Positions 36,141 to 49,003 of a DNA stretch of 64,000 nucleotides are shown here, in pieces. The notes under the pieces were generated by a model, which was given only the letters and a program-made list of their open reading frames with translations, ran no database searches and had not been told where the DNA came from. Origin of the DNA: Heterodontus francisci (lineage: Eukaryota); contig NC_090376.1 of the NCBI RefSeq assembly GCF_036365525.1, positions 92,361,914 to 92,425,913 on the forward strand, given 5' to 3'. The position numbers and the translations under genes are program-made. Positions within the stretch are counted from its first letter, which is position 1. Every line of letters starts with the position of its first letter.

Positions 36141-36732
36141 TAATTAACTTTAGTAGTGCATACCACAACCTCATAACCCTCCATGTAACAACATTTTCTC
36201 TGCTCCCTGTCCTAAATCGCATATTTAATCTTATATCTATGTCCCCTTATTTTAGGCCATTAACTACTGGAAACAATCTGTTTTTATCTATCCTGCCCCA
36301 TGCGTTCATAATTTTAAACAGCTCTATCAAATCACCCTGTAATCGCCTGTAATACAGGTAGTTCCAATTTTTTAAGTCTTCAAATTTGTATTTCCTCATA
36401 CCAGGCAGTATCAAGTGCATCAGTGCTGCACCCTCACTATTCTTTCAATGTCTTTCCTATAGTATGAAGCCCAAAATAGGGAACAATACTCCGACTAAGG
36501 TCTTACTAGGGTTTTATATAGATGCACTATTACATCATTACTTTTATATTCTGCACCTCTTGGTGTAGAACCCAGTATGCCTTTTGCTTTTTTTATGGTC
36601 TTTCCTGTTGTGGTGCTGCTTTTGATGTTTTGTGAACCTGAACCTCCAAATCCTTCTGCTCTTGCATATCACCCACTCTTTCTGCATTTAAATTAGAATT
36701 ATGACATCTTTTTAAATCAAAATGTATGTATT

Positions 36733-37515
36733 GGGCTGGAATTTATACTTCTGCGGCATGAAAACAATGGCGGTCCACACGTCGCGGAGCTGCCACATTA
36801 TTCAGCGCGGTGACTTATTTAAATAGCCGGGGCGGACTACCCACCCCAATGATGTGGAGGGGGCGGGCGGTTCCGTTCCCAGCAATGGCATCAGCTACCT
36901 TTGCGCAGGTGCTGACGCCAATTTTAAAGGGCTTAGAACCCTACATTTCAATTTAAATATTTAAAGGGATATTGATTTTAAAAAATTAAATAAATTGATC
37001 TTGCCCTCTCCCACCACCGCCCCCACAATAACAATAGATTTAATTACCTGCCCTCTCCCCTGCTGCAAAACACTTACCTTGGGAACCTGACCTTCCCCCC
37101 GCAAAGTGCTTCAACTTTACACTTTACCCTTTCCCACCATCCCCTACACCAATGAGATGACTGTGACCCCGCCCTCCCCACATTGGACAACGTACCTACT
37201 ACCCCCTCCCCACCAGTGTTCCAACTCGGATCCCCAGCATGGGAAGCGGGAATGTCGGCCACCAGCACCAATATTGCACCAGGACAGATGGCAGGAGCAA
37301 GAAGGTAATTTATTCATTTATTTAAATTAATTTACATATTTAAATTTGGCTCATCGCCAAGTGGGGCTGGGGAGTGGTGCCAAGAGGCCTCACCACCACC
37401 GGCAATATCGGGCTGGGCCTTCCCAGCATCGAGGCCCGTAGCGAGCTTCTGCCAGAGGCATTTTCCGGCCACCCCCATCACGACCCCAACATCGGGGTTC
37501 TGTAAAATTCAGCCC
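36733..37515. mobile_element. Harbinger-type MITE inserted in an old minus-strand CR1 (~36150-37830)
   Basis: TIRs GGGCTGGAATTTA / TAAAATTCAGCCC and TSD ATT. Confidence 0.8.
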
Positions 37516-38720
37516 ATTGACATTGAATTCCACCTGCCACTTTCTTGTCCATTCTACAAACTTATCAATATCCCTTTGCAGCTTTTTTTACTATTATTTA
37601 CTATGCTTCCTGTTTTAACTTGTGTGAAAATTTGAAAACATTTCTCTAACTCGCCGTATATCCAAATCATTAATGTGCATGGTGAAGGGAAGAGATCCCA
37701 GAATCAAACACTTCAAAACACCATTACCTATTACCAACCACTTTGGAGAAACTGCCCTTCCCCTAATTCTATGCCCCTTCAACTTCCCCAGTAATGTGCT
37801 AACTTCTCCATAATTTTCTGACAGTCTATATAATACCACATCCACTGAATTTCCTACATCCACCTGGGACTGAGAAAGGGATGTTAAATGGCCAGGCGTA
37901 TGGATAGGAAGAGCTAGAGGAGTCCTCACGAATAAGATTAGTAACTGCCAAGATGTGGGGGGAAGGAGAAGGGACTATGGGATAACGGAACATGGATGCC
38001 TGAAAGAAGGAGGAGAGGGGTTTGGCTGGAAGGAGGAAGGGCCAGAGGCAGCGTAATGGATGCCCTAGATTTTAGACAAAAAAAAGTCCATGAGCACCTT
38101 GTATTTAGTTTTGGAGGTGAGACGGGCGGGTGCAGTAGAAAATTGTTGCAGGAGATGTTTTTTTGCAGAGGAGGAGTTTAGAGTTGTTCCCCTCCAGGAG
38201 TAATGAGAAGACTTAGCCATAGAAGGAGGGATTGTAAAACTAGAAGTTATTGAACCTGCTATCCATTGCTTTATATGGTTCAATCGCTTATAAAGTGTAC
38301 TCTACCTTACGGTCAGCATTTTTGAAGCTACAATGTTGGCTGTTGGTCCAGAGATTCAGTGGAAATAGAAGACTGGCTCGGAATTACTTGCACAAAGATG
38401 TCAAAGGAGTAGTCAAGTTCAATCAATTTGATCAATAGGACAGCAATGCCCTCCCCTATAAAGGGGTAGACATTCTCAGTTGGTAAACCCATGAGAATAG
38501 TTGGTAGGTGAGATGGAAAACTTTATACTGGTGCAATTTGGTGAACGGTTGAAAGCAAGGCATTCATTTCAGCAAAGGTAAGAAAGGTTATATTTAAGTC
38601 ATGCTGTAACAGGGTTTGTAATTGGGTATAAATAGTAAAAATTCAATACAGCAACAAAAAAGGAAATTCTTAGAATATTTTCAGTATTTTTAATTTTCTT
38701 TGTTTTTTTTCTTTTTGTAG

Positions 38721-38799
38721 GCATGGCATTGTTACACTCCAGGCTCAGTCTGAAGCAAACAGAAAACTTTGGTTGGAAGCAATGGATGGAAAGGAACCA
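38721..38799 (+). CDS. ARHGAP42: ARHGAP42 coding exon (PH domain end), 79 bp, phase 2/0
   Basis: tttttgtag|...|gtatg. Encodes [26 protein letters not shown]. Confidence 0.95.
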
Positions 38800-40241
38800 G
38801 TATGAGATTTTGTATAAGAGATATAGTCGTCAGTACTGTCTACTGTCATATTCATCTTTATGGTCCACATGTTGTAGAATCCAAAGCATTATCGTGGCCG
38901 TGAAGATCATCTTGGACATCTGGGGTTGGGGGGAGAGGTTGGATGGAAGATATTTACCTATTTCTGGGATCCCTCCTCCTTGCTCCTGTCCCACCTTTGA
39001 TCTTCCAATCTAAGCAGGGCTGGTGCTGCATTTCTGGCTTAGTTCTTCTCTGTGCTTTCCCAGTTGGGTATCTACCCAAGATAGAGAGAAGAAATGAAGT
39101 GATAGGCAATGTTATGTCGTCTTGGTTCATTTAAATGGCATTTGAAGGTACCTGCTCTGGGGGAACCCCCCTCAATCTCAGGGCAACACTAAAGAGTTTG
39201 AGATAGAATGTTATGGGTCTTTGTATCATTTACCTCTGCTTTGCATCATAGAAATAATACTCAGTGCAAAGCAGAGAAAAGTCAGTTCTTTATGCCGTAG
39301 CAAAGCTGTCAGGAAAAAAAGTCTCCTAACCCATCGTTTAATTTGTGTGCTGATCATTTTAATTTTTTGTCCTTCGATTCATCAACCAACAGGAATAGTT
39401 TTTTCCCCAAGTTACCTAATCAAAACCCATCATAATTTTGATTTAGTTGAGAAACCGCATAGGAGAATGTACACATTGCATGACACATTTAAATCTACAT
39501 ACAGTAGACCACAGAATTGCAAAACACAGCTTCTGATTATTTTAACTGTATTTCAAGACTCCAAAATTAATCAGCTGTTCTAAAATTAATTGTTCCAAAC
39601 ACCCAAAAATCACAAAAATTAGTTTTTAAACTTTTCTTATCAAATGGCACAAAACTGTAGTAATTCATAGTGGTAAGGAAACACTGGCAACAAATGGCCA
39701 AATTGCAACTAGAAAATTTGGAAAAGGGAAGCTGACAGATAATAAGTTGTAACTCACTCTGTCCGTGGATCAAAGTGACAGCAATGCATCTCATCCTCTT
39801 GTTCAGTTCTTGAAGTAGTATCAATAGCGTGCTCCATGGTTTATTTTAATGAAGGCAAACTGGATGTTTGGGTGCTGAGTTTGCATTCCAGGTGCCAGTA
39901 CACTTTTTATTATTTATATTAGAAAAGAAAATTTAGTTGGAATACTTCTGTTACCATTTCAGCTCAGTAATGAAATGGATCTATTCATTTTTAATGAAAG
40001 ACATAACACACAAAAAAACAATATTTTGGGTAAATTATTGAAAATGATATGAATGGCCTTCATTCTGAGCATATTGTACAGTAAATAATCTATTCCAGTC
40101 TTAATGTTATGCTTGTAGTTGCTCAATTTGTGATTTTTAGATCAAACTATTAAAATGAAAAATTAATACTAGATATCAAACATTTGGTTTTGGTATTTCA
40201 TCAAAATTGTTAAGTTGTTAATAACATAATTTTTTTTTCAG

Positions 40242-40278
40242 ATATACACTCTGCCTCCTCTTAGCAAGAAAGAAGAAC
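40242..40278 (+). CDS. ARHGAP42: ARHGAP42 small coding exon (PH-GAP linker), 37 bp, phase 0/1
   Basis: ttttttcag|...|gtaag. Encodes IYTLPPLSKKEE; phases fit both neighbouring exons. Confidence 0.88.
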
Positions 40279-40609
40279 GTAAGAAATCTTTTGGTTTCCC
40301 AGAAATATGTACATTTTCACTGTTCCTGGCACACTCTTCTGATAAGGTTTTTAATAAATGACAACTGTTTACTTTAAGTGGAAACAAACAAAATAAGGTT
40401 GTAACTCTACCACGTAATAATCAACTATAAAACACAGTGGCATCGATTATCTGCCAGTACACGCCAAATAATGCAATAGAAATGTGTATTTCAGGCTATA
40501 AAATTCATCCAAATTATTTCAAACCATCGTAGCATATCAAAAACATTTTATTCCTTCCATAAAGTAAATGGATGAAAATGTATGGCCATTTATCAGTCAA
40601 AAAATAAAC

Positions 40610-41010
40610 AAACTTGCATTTATTTAGTGCCTTCCATGTCCTCCGGATATCCCAAAGCACTTCACAATCAACAAATTATTTAGAAATGTAACCACATAGG
40701 CAAATACAGCAGCTAATTTGCATACACCAATGCTCCACAAACAACAATGAGCTAAATGACTAGTTAACCTTTTTCTGGTGGTACTGACTGAGGGATAAAT
40801 GTTAGCCAGAAGAATTTCTCCATTCTTCTTCAAATACTGCCACATGATCTTTTGCTTCCCCCTGAGTAGGCAAAATATGGCACCTCCGACAATGCAGTGC
40901 TCCTGAAGTACTACATTGAAGTACTGCATTGAAGTAACAGCCTAAATGTTTTGCTCAAGTTCCTAGGCTGGAACTTGAACCCATTGCCTTCTGAATCAGC
41001 AGTAGCCAAA
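40610..41010 (-). mobile_element. Deu-domain SINE
   Basis: Plus strand starts cttgcatttatttagtgcc (tail) and ends cttgaaccc (reverse B box); homologous to 8150-8525. Confidence 0.7.
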
Positions 41011-41264
41011 TTGGCACGTGTTCTTTGTTCAAAGAAGCAAATAATCTCCAAAAAAAAAAAGGCATCTTATGGATAAAGCGAATAGGTTCTGTAGCAAGTG
41101 AATACATTTTTGCTTGCATAAAATCCATAACTAGAGTTTTGTTTTTATACCTGGATGGTCCTTTCTCATTTTCTTTCCATCCCCACTTCCAGCCATTGTA
41201 TGCAATTTAATACATTTTTATTCCATGATCAAATTAGTTACGAACAGGATAATATTAGATAACA

Positions 41265-42070
41265 CCAACTAGAAAGATTAGCATTATTGAAAATTGGTAA
41301 GTCACCTTGTCCAGATGAAGTGCACCTTAGGTTGCTGAAAGAAATAAAGGTTGAAATAGCGGAGGCGTTGGTCACAATTTTTCAATCTTCATTGGATACA
41401 GGAGTAGTGCTGGAGGACTGGAGGGTTGCTAATATATCTATTCAAGAAAGGGGAGAGGGATAATCTGCAGGCTATCAGCCTAACATTGCTGGTGGGAATG
41501 TTACTGAAAATCATTATCATTTGGAAAGGCATGGATTAATCAAGGAGATCCAGCATGGATTTCTTAGAGGCAAATTGTGTCCGACTAACTTGATTGAATT
41601 CTTCAACGAGGAAACAGAGAAAGTTGGTCTAGGTAATGGTGTAGATGTATATATGGGCTTTTGGAAGGCATTTGACAAAGTGTCACACAGGAGGTTTATT
41701 AAGAAGTTGAAAACCCATAGAATTAAGGGGAAAATGGTGATAAGGATGCAAAATTGACTCAGTGACAGGAAGCAAAGGGTGGTGGTAGATGGATGTTTTT
41801 CAGACTGGGAAATGGTTTGCAGTGGTGTTTCCCCAGTGGTCTGTTTTGGGTCCATTACTCTTTGCAATTCTTTATACGACCTAGAGTTGTATGTAGGGAG
41901 CAGCACTATAAAGTTTGCAGATGGTACAAAAATTTAACAAAGTAGTACATCATGATGAGGATAGTTATAGTCTTCAGGATGACTTAGACAGAATGGTGAA
42001 ATGGGCAGAAACATGGCTGATAGAGTTCGGTGAGGGGAAGAGTGCAATGCTGCACCTTGGGAGGATTAAT
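41265..42070 (+). mobile_element. CR1 RT fragment, degraded
   Basis: QHGFLRGKLCPTNLIEFF and YMGFWKAFDKVSH motifs. Confidence 0.85.
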
Positions 42071-42329
42071 GTGGAACCACAACTGCAACAGTGGCTGTGA
42101 AGGTGACCATGGTGATGAACCTTTATGCGTCTGGCTCCTTCCAGGCTGGAGTTGGAGATATTTGCAACATCACACAGTTTGTCATTCACTGTTGCGTAAA
42201 TCTCTGTATCCAAAGAGAATTGCTGAAAAAAGAGACATTGACAAAAGATGCAGAGGGGAGATGAGAAGAATTTTGTTTTTACTCAGTGGTATCGGGAGCT
42301 GGAACACTGTACATGAAAAGAGGATGGAA

Positions 42330-43908
42330 GCTGATTGGCTGCTTGCATCAGCAGAGGCCCAGAATCAATACTTTCTAGCACAACTTAAAGCTACTTGCAC
42401 CTCTTAAAGAGGGAGTGTATTGTGGCTGAAGCAGGTGCTGGGAGTCCTGTGTGAGCTGGGAAAGACAGACTAGCTGTACGTTGAGTTAGTAGAAGCCCTT
42501 CCTATTCAGGAATGCAGCAGGTTGTTCAACTGGAGCCTTGATAGCCACATGCGTGCAGTCGATGACCCCTTGCACCTGTGGGACTCCCGCAATGGCCCCA
42601 AATCCAATGACCCTTTGGGTCCAGGGTCCATCCTGAAGCGAACATAGTCACCGGCCCTCCTGTACAAACCATCGGTGAACTCCCTGATACAGCGGTGCAC
42701 TGCTGATTGTTAAACACCACACAGGTCACCAGTGGGTCCCTGGAATGATGCGGAGGCATTGAAGTTAAGAGCTGCAATGACCTTGAGGGCCGCAAGCATA
42801 AGGTGTCCACTAAAGCCCGTTGGCTCTAGTCATCATTCAGCAGTGCACAGAGATGTGTCACTGTCTCTCTGGTCCGCAGTCACCTCTGACACTGGCGCTC
42901 CAACATCTGCAGGTATGTCATGCTGGGCCTGTAGACCTGCTGTCTTCTCTGGCATCGAATGCTGCTGCTGCTCACGTCCATGATCTTCCATGTGGGCTGT
43001 GCCTGCCTGTTGGTACTGCCTCCGGAGGATGTGGCTTCTCATGGCACTTGGATCAAGAAAGACAGGATGGACCAGCCCCACCTGTACGCTGCAGGTGAAC
43101 CCGGTGCCTTCAGTAGGTCAATGGCACCTATCAGGGCAGAGAGTGATGTAAATTGGTGCTTCAACTGCGTTCCATCATCACCTATATGATATGGCATGAC
43201 ATTGCCCATCTTAGCGTTGCAAAAAAGCGGGGCAGCATGAGCATGGTCATGTTACTGACGTTGCGTGGATGCAACCATCGGCCACACAACCTTCAACCCC
43301 GTACCATTTTTGGCCCCTACCCCACACAATGGGGTCATGGAGTGCTATTGCTTCCCCCTTCCCCCAAACAGCATTGGCCGATTGCAGGGTCAGCTCCCTT
43401 CAGCCCCCCGCAAAACGTTAGCGGGTGGAGAGTGACACCCTTTATGGTTGAAGGGCATGGGGTACCTCCCTTCTTTTATGCAGAGTTGTATCCTGGTCAT
43501 TGCAGTCCTACACCCACATCCCTTCTTTCATGCAGAGTTGTATCCCGGTCATTGCAGACCCCCACCCACCTCCCTTCTTTCATGCAGAGTTATAACCTGG
43601 ACATTGAGCCCCGCACCCACCTTCACATGCTCCGAGGACTGCCGCTAGCTTTTCAAGTCTGAGTGCCACACGTCCAAATGAAGATCACAACCTGCTGCCT
43701 GAATCACTGCGGCCTGCTTTTAATGAATGGTAAGTGCCCATCTGCATATTGTAATGTGGGTCCCATCGCTGAGTGGCGGGGGGGGCTGACACGAGGCCGC
43801 ACCGCCGCCACCAAGATCAGGATGGGCCCTGCCCGCGTCGAGGTCGATGGCGGACCTCATCCAGAGCAATCTTCATGCCTCCCCCCCCGCCCCTCTAAAA
43901 TCCAGCCC
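42330..43908 (-). mobile_element. Harbinger element fragment with transposase remnant (~42470-43100)
   Basis: Minus strand AGVPQVQGVIDCTHVAIKAPVEQPAAFLNRKGF. TIR TAAAATCCAGCCC ends at 43908. Internal ~50-bp tandem at 43465-43595. Confidence 0.8.
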
Positions 43909-43911
43909 TCA

Positions 43912-44885
43912 GATGTCATGGAAGGAGGCCATTCAGCCCATTGAGTCCATGCCAGCTTTCTGTAGAGCATGCTGGTCAGTCCCATTCCCCTGTTCTATCG
44001 CTATAGCCCTGCAAGTTTATTTCCCTCAAATGCCCATCCTACCTCTTTTTGAAATCATTGATCGTCTCCGCTTACACCACCCTTGTAGGCAGCAAGTTCC
44101 AGGCGATTACCACTTGCTGCATAAAAAAGTTCTTCCTCATATCCCCCCTCTATCTCTTGCCCAAAACCTTAAATTTGCCCCCCTAGCCATTGTACCATCA
44201 GCTAATGGGAGCAGCTTTTGTTTGTCTACCTTATCTATACTCTGTCATAATCTTGTACACCTCTATCAGATCCCATATACTTGCTAGTCACACTCTCAAT
44301 ATGTCTCGTCACCGTCAAAGATCTGTGCACATGAACCCCAAGGTCTCTCTCTCCCTGCACACTCTTTAGAACTGTGCCATTAAGTATATATTGCCTCTCC
44401 CTATCCCTTCTGCCAAATGCATCATGTCACACTTCTTTGTATTAAATTTCATCTGTCACTTCTCTGCCCTTCTGCGAGCCAATCTGTGTCCTGTTGCAGT
44501 CAATTTGTATCAACCGCACTGTTTGCCACACCTTCAAGTTTGATGTCATGGGCAAATGTTGAAATTTTACTCTGTACTCTAATATCCAAGTCATTTATAT
44601 ATGCATCAAAAAAAGCAGTGGCCCAATCACTGACTCTTGGGGAACACCACTGTCTACCATTGTCCAGTCTGAAAAATAGCCATTTACCACAAATCGCTGT
44701 TTTTTTGTCTGTAAGCCGATTTTTATCCCAGCTAACCTTGACCCTCCTATGAGCCTGAATTTTGTTAACCAGCTTTTTATGTGGTACTTTGTCAAACGTT
44801 TTCTTAAAATCCATATAGACAATACTGGCTACATTCCCTTCATCTACCTTCTCTGTTACTTCATCAAAAAATTCAATTTGATGAG
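43912..44885 (-). mobile_element. CR1 3' fragment with an internal deletion
   Basis: YMDFKKTFDKVPH and FAHDIKL motifs, plus CR1 3'UTR (ggaggccattcagcccattgag on the plus strand). Confidence 0.85.
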
Positions 44886-46099
44886 TCATGCAAAAGGGGC
44901 TTGCAGCATGTCACAGCAGTCCAGCAATCTGTCGTTCATTAGATGACTAGGATTTCTGAGGTACTGCCCTGGGGGAGTGGCAGTGGCTCTATGCAGCACA
45001 AACCTGCTGTCTTCCCACCCTGCTACTCTAACAGTGTCTTTGTCAGTCCGCCAGCCTAGACTGCTGCCACCCATGCCAAAATGGTGCAGTCCACAACTGG
45101 GTCTTCTACGTCTAGAACTACTCGAGATTGTCTTTCAGGGCTTCCACCAGAAGTCAGTAGTCCTCCACCAGCCATGCTGCAACCATTGGGATAGTACCGC
45201 ATAGGAACACTAGGATAGGCAAAGGCACAAGAAAGACATACATTAAAGGAATGCACAAAGCTGTTTTGATGATTTTTGTATGCACTATGGCTTGATTTTA
45301 TTTATAAATTTGGTTTGGAATATGTATTTTGTGGTGGCTTTTATTTTTATATTGTGGTCATGTAGATGCTGCGATGGTCAGAGAAAGGGGCAAAGTAAGG
45401 TGTGGAACTGTTTTTGAATGGAGAATTGGAGTTGCAGTTCCTGGTATAGCACTCAGATAAGTTCTTCAGGGGCAGCCTGGACAGAAAGGGGCTGTCTAGG
45501 TTGCCTCCACCCTTCTTCCTCTTCTACTTCCTCCTCCTTCTTCTCAGCTGCCCAGTGGCAGGGCTGACCCCTCATGATGGCGAGGTTATGGAGCATTCAA
45601 CAGACCACCATGAATCTTGGCATCCGCTTTGCCAAATACTGCAGGGTTCTTCCAGTGCAGTTCAGGCAGCGAAGTGTTGTTTCAGTACACCAATGGTCTG
45701 CACTCACTTTTTGGGTGGCAGCATAGTTTTCATGCATGCTGTGCCTGTATGCCTGGTTTGTGAACAGGAGTCATCAACCATGTCGTCAGTAGATAGCCTT
45801 TGCTGTCCAGTTGCTACCTTTTGGTTTGCTGTGGTGGGTCAGATGACAGAGCAGACGGCTGCAGAATGAAGGCATAATAACTGCTGCCAGGGCATGGGCC
45901 ATTGACCAATATGGTTTGCTGCCAATGGTCGCGCAACAGTGGTTCTTTGTGGGAATGGAATTCTATTCTCTTCCAGTATAGGATATGTGGTACCCACAAA
46001 GCGATGTGTGTGTGGTCAGTGGCATCCTGAACCATAGGAAAGCCTGCAAACCGAGCAAAGCTGCATGCTCGCTCTGCCTGCTTGCCTCTGCCAAAAGAG

Positions 46100-46530
46100 A
46101 ATGAAATGTAATAAAAACAGAAAATGGTGGAAATACTCAGCAAGTCTGGCAGTATTTGTGGAGAGAGAAACAGAGTTAACTTTTCAGGTCTGTGACCTTT
46201 CATCAGAACGGGGAAAAGTTAGAAATGTAATAGATTTTGAGCAAGTAAAAGGTGGGGGGAGGGTGGTAAAAAGAACGAAAGGGAAAGTCTGTAATAGGGT
46301 GGATGGTAGGAGAGATTAAATGATAAGAGGGTTCATGATGCAAGGACAAAGGGAGCGGTAATGGGACAAGTAAAGAAACAAAAGATGTGTCTAGAGGAGG
46401 TGTGGATCAGGATCATGAAAGCTGCCATCTGAAAGCTTAGGAAAAAAGAAAAAGAACAAGAGAGAAAGAAAACCAAACCAGCTAAAAAGGACAGAGGTTG
46501 TGATCTAAAATTGTTGAATGAAATGTAGTT
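46100..46530 (-). mobile_element. Penelope-like pLTR (same family as 30365-30965) with hammerhead motif at 46171-46210
   Basis: Minus strand CGTT-CTGATGA-A-AGGTCACAGACCT-GAAA-AGTT-AACTC. Confidence 0.72.
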
Positions 46531-46534
46531 AGCT

Positions 46535-47195
46535 CTCTTTGAATAGTTGCTTGGTAGTACGGAACTTGAGTATTGCTGAAAAAAGAGACATGCTGTCGAA
46601 GCTTTTTGTTTTGCACTCATCAGGACAGACACAAGAATGTCAAATTTCAAAGGGACCGATAATTTATACTGCATGAGAAAAGGGTGCTGATTGGTTGGGA
46701 AGTCAACTCTGGTCAAGGCGTTGCCATGGAGAATGCACCAGGGAACTATTGTCCCCACGCTTTTGTTTAATTCAAAAAAGGTGCAATGCCTGGACATGTT
46801 CCTTTTGCTTGCAGAGGACAGGTCCCTGCCTATGAATATATGTAGCTTCTAGAAAGTGCAGGCAAGCCACATTTTGGTATTTTCCACTAACAGAATGCTG
46901 CCGTCAAGCCCAAAAAGATGTTCTGCCTACCACACAGCTGAGTAATGTGGTCAATGAATTTCAGTGCCGGTGCAATGCCAGGTACATAGTCTGTATGTCC
47001 TAACAACTGGCGGATCATTTCAAACAGCACGTCTCTTTGGCTGTTCACAAAAGGCAGAGTACTGACTACTCAACCATCTGGTACTTGCAAAATTCAGAGC
47101 ACAAAGTATAACGTTAGATGTGATTCCGCGATTGGAGAGCACTTGCTGAACAATCCTAAGTGTGCTAAGAATTATACTAACAACCAATTTAAGAG
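46535..47195. mobile_element. Second-family Penelope-like element: inverted pLTR (minus) followed by a GIY-YIG fragment (plus)
   Basis: Plus strand ~46940-47040 SNVVNEFQCRCNARYIVCMS*QLADHFKQHV (decayed GIY-YIG), then DSAIGEHLLNNPKC. Minus-strand GTCCTGATGAGTGCAA...AAGCTTCGAC at ~46595-46630. Confidence 0.72.
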
Positions 47196-48940
47196 AGGAA
47201 TAAACTTTCCTTCTTATCATCTTGGAAACCTCTATTAGGTCACCTCTTAACCTTCTCCATTCTGAGAACAGTTTTAACTTTCTAACCTCTCCTCTGAATA
47301 ACTGAAGTCCTTCATCACTTGGAACATCCTGATAAACCACCTGTATACCCTTTCTAATGCCTTTATATCTTTTCTGAAATGTGGTGTCCAGAGTTGTCCA
47401 CAATACTCCAGCTGAGGCCTAACTAGTGATTTTTGAAGTTTTAGTCTGATCTCTGCTCTTATATTCTATTCCTTTGTTTATAAATCAAAGTAACCCATAT
47501 GCTTTTTGACCATCTTACAATTAACTTGTACTGCCACCTTTAAGGATTTGTGTATATGGACACCAAGTTCGTTCTTCTCATCTACACTTCTTAAAATCAC
47601 ACCATTTATTATGTACTATCTTGCCTGCAGGTGGCAGATTTCAGTGAGGATGTCTTTGCTGAAGCACAGACACCTCACACACTATTCCTCGCTGAGAGTC
47701 TGGTAGGATAATTGCTCCTTGTACGTCCTGGGTGGATGTGGCCTCCTGCTGAGAGCCCTTCTCCCCCTCCTCCTCCTCTTTCCATCTGCATGTCCTGTTT
47801 TGTGTGTTCTCCATTCATTCTCCAAGTCATGTTGTATTCCAAGGGGAATGCTTACTATTGTACCCATGTCTGTGAGCAGTTGGTTTGCGCACAAGCCTTG
47901 AAGTTATCAAAAAGTCCTTCAGCGCCTGGCACTCACTCCCTGTATAATTTTGCAACTTGAAACAACTATAGAAAGCACCAATCACTTGTAGATTCATAGT
48001 AACAGCAGAAGAAATCAAACAGCAACTAATCTACAAGTAGTTGATGATCCCTTTAAATAGTGCTGGTGGGGTTCCTTCCTGCTTTTGAAGGTATCTTCAG
48101 TTGTGTGAGGTTAAGAGAAGGCATTAGCTGCAGTGTTGAGGTCTGAAAAGGCATCAAATGGTGTCAAATCAGCATTGCACGCTAAATGATGTCATGATCT
48201 GCTTGCTCTGCACACTTCTGGCACACGTCCCCCATAATTTTGCATATTAGCCATGCATGCCATTTTGGAACTATATGGGCATTAGTAGTGCCCAAAAATA
48301 GCCTCTAAGAAGCCCAATTTCTCCTCTTCACTCCCCCCCCCCCCCACCCACGTTTATCCTATCATGATCGGACTTCGTGAAATCAAAATTTACTTAATTA
48401 AAAAATGCTTGATGAGTCATAGGGGAACCACCACAGTAATTCTTTATAAATGTTTTGAGTTTTTTTGATAAATTTTACTGATGTTGAAACTTTCGTTTTA
48501 ATATCTATTCCATAATGAAGTATTTTAATCTTTTACTGTCAGTTGGCTGAGACTACCGTCAAAGTAAAATTCTGTTGTAGTAAACATAATTTGTGGTTCA
48601 AATAAAACTGTTCATTATCACTGTAATCTTTGGGGGTAAAAAACATTAACTGGCTCTTTTTTTGAATATTTAGCAAGTTCATCATTTATGTTGTATTCCA
48701 TAAAATCTCCAGGCACACACTGCACATGTCGATGTGTGAATTTCAGTAATTAAAAATATAGACTTCGGTTTAAAAATTCTACATAGGTATTTACTGGAGT
48801 GTGATTAAAACCCAAGTTAATGTTGATGACATCTAATTTAAGGTGCATGACTGTAATTCCAATGTGTCTTGTTCTCCTTAATTTACTGATTTAATTTTTT
48901 AATGATTTGTGAGACTAAGGGACTCAATTTTGTTTTGCAG

Positions 48941-49003
48941 TGTACCTTAATGAGCCAGGTTTTAATTTTGTAAAGAAGTGCATTGAAGCTGTGGAGATGA
49001 GAG
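48941..49003 (+). CDS. ARHGAP42: ARHGAP42 coding exon (RhoGAP start), 63 bp, phase 1/1
   Basis: ttttgcag|...|gtatg. Encodes (L)[20 protein letters not shown]. Confidence 0.93.

Larger units (their letters stand above)
44890..48325 (-). mobile_element. Decayed Harbinger split by Penelope elements (46100-47195) and a CR1 (47205-47620)
   Basis: FARFAGFPMVQDATDHTHIAL (~45990-46070) and N-terminal RRRRGRRALSRRPHPPRTYKEQLSYQTLSEE (~47680-47790), homologous to the 28800-29750 transposase. Confidence 0.72.
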
